From Parvularculaceae bacterium (GTDB lineage Bacteria > Pseudomonadota > Alphaproteobacteria > Caulobacterales > Parvularculaceae): a stretch of 64,000 nucleotides of DNA. Positions 41,702 to 49,684 of this stretch are shown here, piece by piece; position 1 is the first letter of the stretch; the number at the start of each line of letters is the position of its first letter. The notes beneath the pieces were generated by a model. It saw only the letters and a list, made by a program, of their open reading frames with translations. It made no database searches and had not been told where the DNA came from. The stretch lies in the NCBI GenBank assembly GCA_028284065.1, contig JANQSJ010000018.1:10367-74366 (forward strand). The letters run 5' to 3'. Both the position numbers and the translations under genes were made by a program.

Positions 41702-42433
41702 TCAATCCCACTTGTAGCGTAGGTATGCGGGATCGACCCGCCATCCATACTCTCTATGCCAAGTTTCAAATGCGTCCACTTCGCGTTCGTATTCGGCGCT
41801 TCGCGTCGTGAGGCGGGATGCGCACTGCTGCATCTGAACGTATTCTCCAAATGTGGGCGAGTTCGCGCTTGTGAAAATCTGATCCATTTCAGGAACGAAG
41901 CCGTCGAACCACTCGCGCGGATGCGGGTAGGAAGGCGGCGTTGGAAAATCATACGGCCATGGCGGCGGCTTCGGCGAATGTGCGACCTCAATCTCGTAAA
42001 GCAGCTCGGGAGCCGGGCTTACAAAGTCAGCTAAAGCTTTGGCCTGCTGAATGCTTGGCGTTGCAAACGGGAAGAGCATCGCGTTCAGGAAGCTGAGAGA
42101 AAGAGCAAGACCGAGAATCAAGGCGCCTTGCAACAGGGTTTCGATGGCGTTGCTGTCGCGCCAAAAGGCGACGAGCCGCATCAGCCAAACGGCGAAGGCG
42201 AGCAGAAAAGAGAGCGCAAACAGTTGGAATGGCGATCCGTACCCAAACCAGCCTGAGACCCAGTTTGTCGCGAAATTGCAACTGGTCGACCAGATTATTG
42301 TAAATAGATAGTAAGCCCAGAACGTCGACGCGAGTATCAGCAGAAAGACCGTGAAACTGGAAATCGCAACGCGCCGCCGCGCCACAGACCGCGCGAGTCC
42401 TTTCTTCCAGTTAGAGGCCCCCTCGTGTTCCAA
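41702..42433 (-). CDS. orphan membrane protein (3 predicted TM helices plus an aromatic/Pro-rich C-terminal domain), no recognisable family
   Basis: 243-aa ORF with a TTG start and no early in-frame ATG. G+C is markedly lower than in the neighbouring genes. The TM segments are FTVFLLILASTFWAYYLFTIIW, FQLFALSFLLAFAVWLMRLVAFW and LQGALILGLALSLSFLNAMLF. It lies 69 nt downstream of the kinase gene on the same strand. Confidence 0.55.
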   Translation of the reverse strand: MEHEGASNWKKGLARSVARRRVAISSFTVFLLILASTFWAYYLFTIIWSTSCNFATNWVSGWFGYGSPFQLFALSFLLAFAVWLMRLVAFWRDSNAIETLLQGALILGLALSLSFLNAMLFPFATPSIQQAKALADFVSPAPELLYEIEVAHSPKPPPWPYDFPTPPSYPHPREWFDGFVPEMDQIFTSANSPTFGEYVQMQQCASRLTTRSAEYEREVDAFETWHREYGWRVDPAYLRYKWD

Positions 42434-42502
42434 GTCTTTATCGCCAAAGAGACAGAACTTTCTGTGTTAAGAATAGCATAGATGCCGGCTCTGTGGGAGT
42501 CG

Positions 42503-45500
42503 CTACTCCGCGGCGGCGCGCCTCAATTGCGCGATGAGCGCGCGCAGCTCCGCCGGTTCGATCGGCTTTTCGACGATGGGCACGCCGCGGGCGGCGGCCA
42601 CCGTTTCCGCGTCGCCGGACGACGAGGCCGTGATCATGATGGTGACGGGCCGCGTCCTCCAATGGGCCTCCAGCGCATCGAGCGCGTCGAACCCCGTTCG
42701 TCCGTTATCCAGTTGATAGTCGAGGAGCAGGAGATCCGGCGCCGCGGCTCCGGCGCCAAGGGCTTCGAGCGCGGCGATGTCCGATGCGAACGCGTGAACG
42801 TCGATGCCCCATCTGGAGAGGGCGGCGGTCATGGCCTCCCGGACCGCGACGTCATTGTCGATGCATATCGCGGTCAATCCCTCAAGGCCGCTGCGGGAGG
42901 GCTGTAGCGTTCGCGGCGTTTGCGTTCCTTCCTCAACGGCGGCGTCGGCCACAGGCGGTTCGGCGCGCGGCGCGCGCAACGAAAATGTCGAGCCTTCGCC
43001 TTCGGCGGACTCAAGGTCAATCTCGTGACCGAGGAGGCGCGCAATGCGGTCGACGGTGGCGAGGCCGAGCCCGGCGCCGCCTGCATCGGCGTCGCGTTCG
43101 AGCCGCTTGAATTCCTGAAAGATCTCCTTGCGCCTGCGCTCAGGCACGCCGCGTCCGGTGTCGCGCACGTCGATGCGGACGTCGCCATTGACGCGCCGCG
43201 CGCCGATGAGCACCCGTCCTTCGTCCGTATACCGTACGGCGTTCGCGACGAGGTTCTGCAACGCAGAGGTCAGGAGCCCTCGGTCGCTCTTCACGTAAAG
43301 GCTCGTCGGCGCAACATCGAGGCGCAGGCCCTTCTCCTCGGCGGCCACTTCGAAGGCTGTCTTCAGCTGCTCGAAAACGTCGGCGAGGCGCACCGGGCCG
43401 ATGTCGGGCGTCACCCCGCCGGCGTCAAGCTTCGAGATGTTGAGGAGCGCCCGCAATAATCCGTCTGCGGAGGCGATCGCGGCGTCGATCTTGCCGGCGA
43501 GGTCGCGGGCGTCGGCTGCGTCGCGCGGGTCCTTCAGGGCGGACGCGAAGAGCCGCGCGGCGTTCAAGGGCTGGAGGACGTCATGGCTCGCGGCGGCGAG
43601 GAACCGCGTCTTGGAGGCGGTCGCCTCCTCCGCCTGGCGGCGCGCCGCATCGAGCGCGGCGTTGGCGTCGGACAGCTCGCGGGTCCTGTCCTCGACGCGC
43701 TCTTCGAGCGTTTCATTGGTCTCCGCAAGCGCGATTTCCGCCGCGCGCCGAGCCGTGACGTCCTGGTAAAGCCCGAAAAAGCCGCGCACGCCGCCGTCGC
43801 TGCGAAATTGGGGCACGTAGGCGACCTGCATGTATTGCGGGCCGTCGGCGCCGGTCGTTTCGATATCAAACGTCGCGCGGCGACCGGCGAGCGCCTCTTC
43901 GATGTGGGGCTTGCGCGCGGCGTAATCCTCCGGCGAGAGATAGTCCTTCATGAACACCTTGCCGACGGCCGCCGCCTCGACGCCATAGGCCTGCCGGTAG
44001 GCGCTGTTGGCGAAGCGCAGGCGTTCCTCGGCGTCCGCGAATGCGACCATTGAGGGAATATTATCCGTATAGAAGCGAATGCTGCGCTGGCTGTCGCGCA
44101 GCGCCTTTTCGATGCTCTTGTATTCGGTGACGTCTGTGAACGTCGTCACATAGGCGCCGCTGGGCGATGGCACGCCCTCAATGCGGATGACGCGCCCGTC
44201 GGGCCGCGTGCGTTCATAGGAGTGGCGCCAGCCTTTCTTCAGCTTCTCAATCCGTCTCCGGACGTGTTCGTCCACATTGCCGGGACCGCACAGGCCTCTC
44301 TTGGCGTTAAAGCGGATCAGGTCTTCCACTGACCGGCCCGTCTGCACCAGGTCGTCGGGATAATCGAAAAGCTCCGTATAGGCGCTGTTCCAGGCGACGA
44401 GGTTAAGCTCCGCGTCGATCACCGAAACGCCGTGGCTTGTGTTCTCGAGGGCGGTTTGCAGAAGCTCCTGGCTGAAGCTCACCATGCCTGTCGTCTCGCC
44501 GAGGAGCGTCGCCACGTCGTCGATGGCGAGCGAACCGCCGGCGAGGGCGCTGCGCAGGAGGATGCTGGAGGAGGAGGCCCCGATCGCTTTTGACATCTGG
44601 CGGTCGGCGAAGTCGATCAGCGCCGGGTCCGCGAGACGGTCGGGGTTGAAGTTACGCCCGCGGCCGCGTTCGAAGGCTTCGAGGGCGAGGCTCGCGGCCT
44701 GCGCGCCGAGGCACTGCTCAACTAGGCCGTAGAGATCGCCGGCGGTCACCGTCCGGTCGGCGTTGCGCATCGCGCCGGCCTTGTCCTTGCGCCCGGCGCG
44801 CGCCTCGGCCGCGGACACGCCGGCGAGCGCGGCGACATTGACGGCGAAGCTGAGTGCTGCGCCGATGGTGAGGTCGTCGAAGCCGAATGGTCCGAGGGCG
44901 GAAATGACGCCTTCCACCGGCGCCGCGACGCCGATGAATGTCGGCGCGAACAGGAAGGCGAACCATATAAGGAAGCCCGCGGCCATGCCGGCGACGGCCC
45001 CGTTGCGGCTCGCCGACGGCCAGTAGAGCGCGGCGATCAAGGGCGGGAAAAACTGCGCCACGGCGGCGAAAGAGAGAATGCCGAGGCTCGCCAGCTGTCC
45101 GCCTTCGGGCGCGGCGGTCGCAAGCACGGCCGCTAGCAACATGACGGCGCCGACGCCGATCCGCCGCACCAGGAGGAGCCGCCGGCCGATGCCGCGCTCT
45201 GCGCCGCTCGCGCCGCCGGCGAGCAGGAAGGGCGCGACGAGTTCGTTCGCGATCATGGTGCTGAGGGCGAGGCTTGCGACGATCACCATGCCGGTCGCCG
45301 CGGCGAACCCGCCGACAAAGACAAAGACTGAGAGCCACTCCGCCCCGAACGCCATGGGCAGGGCGATGACATGGAGGTCGCCGGACACCCCGGCGAGCGC
45401 CGCGGCGCCGGCGCCGGCGTTGGCGATCGGCGCGACAAAGACGGACACGACGGCGAGGTAAAGGATGAAAATCACGCTCGCAGGCGCCAGCGCCTTCTTG

Positions 45501-46282
45501 CTCTCGCTTTCGACGACCGTGACGTGGAACTGCCGCGGCAGGCAGAACACAGCCGCGGCTGATAGAAGCGTCAGGGTCAGAAACCGGTCCGCATCCGGCC
45601 GTTCGCCGAGTACGGAAATTGCGGGCGCCGCGTCCGGCGCGCCATTGAGAAGCGCCAGCGCGAACGCGCCCACCGCCACGAAGGCCACGAGCTTGACGAT
45701 CGAGTCGAACGCGATCGCCGCGATCATGCCGCGATTGTGGCGCGTCGCGTCCATATGGCGCGCGCCGAAGCTGATCGCGAAGGCGGCGAGCACGATGGCG
45801 ACGGCGAAGACGCCGGCGGCGCCGTCCGCGTCGCGGGCCTCGGGCGCGAAGAAGGCGAATGTCGTCGCCACCGACTTTAATTGCAGGGCGATATAGGGCG
45901 CGGCGCCGATTACCGCGATAATGGTGACGGTCGCTGCGACGGCGCGAGATTTCTGATAGTTCGCGGACAGAAAATCCGCAATCGACGTGGAGTTAAACTT
46001 CTTGCCCGCCGCAACCAGGCGCCGCATCACCGGCAGGCCAAGGCTGAAGGCGAGGGCGGGCCCAAGATATATCGGCAGAAACTCCCAGCCGCGCGTTTCG
46101 GCGGTGCCGACCGCGCCGTAAAATGTCCAGGAAGTACAGTAGACCGCGAAGGAAAGACCGTAGACCAACGGAGAACGGTTCGAGAGCCGCGTCGCGGCGT
46201 CCCGGCTCTCGGCCCAGTAGGCGATCGCGAACAATAGCCCGGTGTAAACGAGCAAAACGCCGACGATAATCGGCTGGGTCAA
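42503..46282 (-). CDS. hybrid sensor histidine kinase/response regulator with an N-terminal sodium:solute-symporter (SSS) domain (CrbS/MxtR/CbrA-like)
   Basis: Track ORF 42503..46354. I prefer the TTG at 46282, which is preceded by GGGAGGGAG; the upstream TTG at 46354 falls inside the terminator U-tract of the preceding operon. The domain order is about 13 TM helices, two PAS-like regions, the H-box FLAAASHDVLQPLNA, an HATPase domain (RDTGRGVP, GGAGLGLA) and a C-terminal receiver (LLLLDYQLD ... EKP). Confidence 0.85.
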   Translation of the reverse strand: MTQPIIVGVLLVYTGLLFAIAYWAESRDAATRLSNRSPLVYGLSFAVYCTSWTFYGAVGTAETRGWEFLPIYLGPALAFSLGLPVMRRLVAAGKKFNSTSIADFLSANYQKSRAVAATVTIIAVIGAAPYIALQLKSVATTFAFFAPEARDADGAAGVFAVAIVLAAFAISFGARHMDATRHNRGMIAAIAFDSIVKLVAFVAVGAFALALLNGAPDAAPAISVLGERPDADRFLTLTLLSAAAVFCLPRQFHVTVVESESKKALAPASVIFILYLAVVSVFVAPIANAGAGAAALAGVSGDLHVIALPMAFGAEWLSVFVFVGGFAAATGMVIVASLALSTMIANELVAPFLLAGGASGAERGIGRRLLLVRRIGVGAVMLLAAVLATAAPEGGQLASLGILSFAAVAQFFPPLIAALYWPSASRNGAVAGMAAGFLIWFAFLFAPTFIGVAAPVEGVISALGPFGFDDLTIGAALSFAVNVAALAGVSAAEARAGRKDKAGAMRNADRTVTAGDLYGLVEQCLGAQAASLALEAFERGRGRNFNPDRLADPALIDFADRQMSKAIGASSSSILLRSALAGGSLAIDDVATLLGETTGMVSFSQELLQTALENTSHGVSVIDAELNLVAWNSAYTELFDYPDDLVQTGRSVEDLIRFNAKRGLCGPGNVDEHVRRRIEKLKKGWRHSYERTRPDGRVIRIEGVPSPSGAYVTTFTDVTEYKSIEKALRDSQRSIRFYTDNIPSMVAFADAEERLRFANSAYRQAYGVEAAAVGKVFMKDYLSPEDYAARKPHIEEALAGRRATFDIETTGADGPQYMQVAYVPQFRSDGGVRGFFGLYQDVTARRAAEIALAETNETLEERVEDRTRELSDANAALDAARRQAEEATASKTRFLAAASHDVLQPLNAARLFASALKDPRDAADARDLAGKIDAAIASADGLLRALLNISKLDAGGVTPDIGPVRLADVFEQLKTAFEVAAEEKGLRLDVAPTSLYVKSDRGLLTSALQNLVANAVRYTDEGRVLIGARRVNGDVRIDVRDTGRGVPERRRKEIFQEFKRLERDADAGGAGLGLATVDRIARLLGHEIDLESAEGEGSTFSLRAPRAEPPVADAAVEEGTQTPRTLQPSRSGLEGLTAICIDNDVAVREAMTAALSRWGIDVHAFASDIAALEALGAGAAAPDLLLLDYQLDNGRTGFDALDALEAHWRTRPVTIMITASSSGDAETVAAARGVPIVEKPIEPAELRALIAQLRRAAAE

Positions 46283-46351
46283 GGCGCTCCCTCCCAAAAG
46301 AGCGATCGGATTTTCTTTTTCAGGGAGGGTAGCGCGAGCGAGCGCCGGGAT

Positions 46352-46392
46352 CAAAAGGGAAAAGCGGCGGCTCGCTGATGCGGGCCGCCGCT
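46352..46392 (-). terminator. intrinsic terminator after the symporter operon
   Basis: The minus strand reads AGCGGCGGC-(12 nt)-GCCGCCGCT followed by TTTCCCTTTTGA. It lies about 50 nt after the symporter stop at 46442. Confidence 0.75.
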
Positions 46393-46441
46393 CTTCTGCA
46401 GCGGGCGCGGATGGTTAACCTTCCGCGCCCTTGGGGGAGCC

Positions 46442-48238
46442 TCAATGCTGGTGGGCGACGCCTGCGCCAGTTGGGATGCGGATGTCGTCGACGAGATCCT
46501 GCACCTCCACCGGCGTCGGCTTGGTGAACTTCGCCACCGCGATGGCGACGGCGAAGTTGATCGCCATGCCGACCGAGCCGATGCCTTCCGGCGAGATGCC
46601 GAAGAACCAGTTGTCGGCGGTGTTCACCGCGCCGAACCAGGGCGACTTGAAGTACACGATGTAGCTGATCGTGAAGGCGAGGCCCGCCAGCATGCCGGCG
46701 ATCGCGCCTTCCTTGTTCATTCCCTTAAAGAAGATTCCCATCAGGATCGCCGGGAAGAGGGAGCAAGCCGCGAGGCCGAAGGCGAGGGCGACGACCTGAG
46801 CGACGAAGCCCGGCGGATTGATGCCGAGATAGCCCGCGACCGAGATCGCCACGATCGCCGCTCCGCGCGCCGCCAACAGCTCTTGCTTGTCAGAGATCGA
46901 CGGCATGAAGGTCTTCTTCAGAAGGTCATGGCTGATCGAGGCGGAGATGACGAGCAGGAGGCCCGCCGCCGTCGACAGCGCCGCCGCGATGCCGCCCGCC
47001 GCGACGAGGGCGATCACCCAGCCGGGCAGCTTGGCGATCTCAGGGTTCGCCAGCACCATGATGTCGCGATCGACATAGACCTCATTTGCGTTCGCCGTCA
47101 GTTCGTTGGAGACGAGCCGCTCGCCATGCGAGCCTAATTCTCCGGTGAACTTCGGCTTGCCGACAAACGGCGCGCCTGCGGAGTATTGCATGACGCCGTC
47201 GTCATTCTTGTCGACCCAGGTGTCGAGGCCGATGCGTTCGAACGTCTTGAAGAAGGTGGGCGCGCCGCCGTTTTCTTCAGCGTTCTCGTATGTTGCGCCG
47301 TTCACCGTTTCAATGAAGTTGATCCGGGCGAATGCGCCGACCGCGGGGGCGGTGGTGTAAAGAAGCGCGATAAAGACAAGCGCATAGCCCGCCGATTTGC
47401 GCGCGTCCGAGACCTTCGGCACCGTGAAGAAGCGCACGATGACGTGCGGCAGGCCGGCCGTGCCCACCATCAGCGCGAGCGTGATGGCGAAGACGTCGAC
47501 CATCGACTTGGAGCCGAGGGTATACGGATTGAAGCCGAGATCGACGAGCGTCGTATCGAGCTTCTGAAGGACGGTCATGCCGGACCCATCCGCCACCATG
47601 GAGCCGAGCCCCAGCTGCGGGATCGGGTTTCCGGTGATCAGGATCGAGATAAAGATCGCCGGCACCATATAGGCGAAGATAAGAACGCAGTACTGCGCGA
47701 CCTGGGTGTAGGTGATGCCCTTCATGCCGCCGAGGACGGCGTAGAAGAAGACGACCGCCATGCCGATGAAGACGCCGATCGTGATCGGCACGTTCAGGAA
47801 GTGCGAGAACACGACGCCGACGCCGCGCATCTGCCCGGCGATATAGGTGAAGGAGATCACGATGAGGCAGAGGACGGCGACGACGCGCGCGGTCTTGGAA
47901 TAGAACCGCTCCCCAATGAAATCCGGCACCGTGAATTGGCCGAATTTTCTGAGGTAAGGCGCAAGCAGAAGCGCCAAAAGGACGTACCCGCCGGTCCAAC
48001 CCATGAGATAGACCGAGCCGTCATAGCCGGCGAAGGCGATAATGCCCGCCATGGAGATGAACGACGCGGCGCTCATCCAGTCGGCCGCCGTCGCCATGCC
48101 GTTGGCGACCGGGTGGACGCCGCCGCCGGCGACGTAAAATTCCTTGGTCGAGCCGGCGCGCGACCAGATGGCGATGCCGATATAGAGGGCGAAGGAAAGC
48201 CCGACGGCGAAATATGTGAGGATTTGCGTGCTCATCAT
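46442..48238 (-). CDS. sodium:solute symporter, large subunit (acetate-permease-like SSS family, the type paired with a DUF4212 small subunit)
   Basis: 598 aa. It contains KEFYVAGGGVHPVANGMATAADWMSAASFISMAG and has about 13-14 TM helices. Confidence 0.85.
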   Translation of the reverse strand: MMSTQILTYFAVGLSFALYIGIAIWSRAGSTKEFYVAGGGVHPVANGMATAADWMSAASFISMAGIIAFAGYDGSVYLMGWTGGYVLLALLLAPYLRKFGQFTVPDFIGERFYSKTARVVAVLCLIVISFTYIAGQMRGVGVVFSHFLNVPITIGVFIGMAVVFFYAVLGGMKGITYTQVAQYCVLIFAYMVPAIFISILITGNPIPQLGLGSMVADGSGMTVLQKLDTTLVDLGFNPYTLGSKSMVDVFAITLALMVGTAGLPHVIVRFFTVPKVSDARKSAGYALVFIALLYTTAPAVGAFARINFIETVNGATYENAEENGGAPTFFKTFERIGLDTWVDKNDDGVMQYSAGAPFVGKPKFTGELGSHGERLVSNELTANANEVYVDRDIMVLANPEIAKLPGWVIALVAAGGIAAALSTAAGLLLVISASISHDLLKKTFMPSISDKQELLAARGAAIVAISVAGYLGINPPGFVAQVVALAFGLAACSLFPAILMGIFFKGMNKEGAIAGMLAGLAFTISYIVYFKSPWFGAVNTADNWFFGISPEGIGSVGMAINFAVAIAVAKFTKPTPVEVQDLVDDIRIPTGAGVAHQH

Positions 48239-48244
48239 GCGCTC

Positions 48245-48652
48245 CTATTCGCCGTCATCGTCGACGCCGTAACGACGCTCGATGATCTTCATGCGGTGGG
48301 AATAGAAAAAGATCAGCGCCACGAAGACGTAGATCGAACCTTGCTGGGCGAACCAGAAGCCGAGCGGGTATCCGCCGAGCTGGAAGTTGTTCAGCTGTTC
48401 AACGAACAGGATGCCCGCGCCGAACGACACGGCGAACCAGACGCCAAGCAGGCTGAGGAGCAGGCGGACGTTTTCCGACCAGTACCGATTGACGGTGTAT
48501 TCGGCCTTGGTGTCTTCGTCATGGCTGGAGTGCGCTGGCTCATTCTCGCCGTCATGGTGATAGGGGGGCGAATGATCGAGCGGCGTCGACCGCCGCGCCG
48601 ACGCGGCGAGGTCAGGGTCCAGGGACCCGGGGTCTAAGGAAGTTGCGCTCAT
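48245..48652 (-). CDS. DUF4212-type small subunit of a solute:sodium symporter
   Basis: 135 aa with an ATG start and a GGAAAGGAA SD. It contains YWSENVRLLLSLLGVWFAVSFGAGILFVEQLN ... GYPLGFWFAQQGSIYVFVALIFFY. The gene ends 6 nt before the large-subunit gene. Confidence 0.7.
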   Translation of the reverse strand: MSATSLDPGSLDPDLAASARRSTPLDHSPPYHHDGENEPAHSSHDEDTKAEYTVNRYWSENVRLLLSLLGVWFAVSFGAGILFVEQLNNFQLGGYPLGFWFAQQGSIYVFVALIFFYSHRMKIIERRYGVDDDGE

Positions 48653-48758
48653 TTTGGGGTTCCTTTCCCATTTCCCGGCTTTGCAAACCTAGGAGGGACG
48701 GAAAAACCCCGCTACGCGACTTTGGTCGTACGACGGAAGGCGGATAGCGGCCCGGGGG

Positions 48759-48791
48759 CGCCTGAATGGACAACGCCTGAATGGACAACGC
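48759..48791. repeat. perfect tandem direct repeat CGCCTGAATGGACAA x2 (plus CGC) in the symporter promoter region
   Basis: Read directly: cgcctgaatggacaa cgcctgaatggacaa cgc. It lies 107-139 nt upstream of the ATG at 48652. Confidence 0.9.
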
Positions 48792-48926
48792 ATCCATGGC
48801 CGGCGAACGCATAAGTCTGGGCGCGATCTAGAGGGCGATCTTGTCGGCTGACACGCCTGCGCCGCCCTCCCTGTCGTATAGGCTGGGCCGGGCAAGCGGC
48901 GTCTTCCGGACGCCTTCGCCAGCGCC

Positions 48927-49592
48927 TCAGCAGGTGGAGAAGACGCCGCCGAGGCTGCCGTTCCGACGGCAGTCTTGTTCTCGGTTCACGTCAGCCTGGT
49001 TTTGGTTCGCGCGGCGTCGCGCGCGCTGGGCGGCGGCGGCCTTTGCGCGGGCGATGTCCGCCTCAAGGCGGCGCAATTCGACAGCCATGCTGGAGAAGTT
49101 CCGGCGGGAGCTTTCCCATTGCGAGAACGCGCTGCGGCAGTCGCCCTCCTCATAAAAACGGGCGCTCATGCACGCCGCATAGGTTTTGCAGCTCGACGTC
49201 ATGTCCTGATAGGCGATGTCGAGCTCCGCATCGAAGGCCTTCAGGCGATCGCGCAATTTGTATTTATTGTCGAAGTCTTCGGATCGTATCCGCGTGCCCG
49301 AGTAACCGCCGCTTTGGTTGAATTCATAAGCGCCCGCGCCGCTCCGCTGCAGCGGATTGACCCGGACGGTGCCGCCTTCCCGGGACCGGTAGACCTGCAA
49401 GGCGAGCGCCGCCTCGTCCGCGCGCCGTCTCATGGTGAGGATCTGCGAATCCAGATTGCGGTTGTCGCAAATGGCCGACGTCGTCTCGCGAAGAGACATG
49501 CCAAGCGTCGGCTCCATGATGTCGGGCACCTCAGGCGTTTGGCATGCCCCCACGCTCACTGCGATGACCAGCGACAGGCTTTTCTTGTACAT
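48927..49592 (-). CDS. Cys-rich lipoprotein of unknown function
   Basis: Track ORF 48927..49772. The ATG at 49592 is preceded by GGGGAG and gives MYKKSLSLVIAVSVGAC (signal peptide plus lipobox). The mature part has eight further Cys residues and a basic coiled segment (RLEADIARAKAAAAQRARRRANQ). Confidence 0.6.
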   Translation of the reverse strand: MYKKSLSLVIAVSVGACQTPEVPDIMEPTLGMSLRETTSAICDNRNLDSQILTMRRRADEAALALQVYRSREGGTVRVNPLQRSGAGAYEFNQSGGYSGTRIRSEDFDNKYKLRDRLKAFDAELDIAYQDMTSSCKTYAACMSARFYEEGDCRSAFSQWESSRRNFSSMAVELRRLEADIARAKAAAAQRARRRANQNQADVNREQDCRRNGSLGGVFSTC

Positions 49593-49684
49593 GATCTCCC
49601 CTTTCTGGGTTCGTAGAAGGCGAACGCTTTCAAGAAAGCTTCCCAAAAAATTCTTGCGCCCCGTGTTCCGCGCCTCAGTAATCG

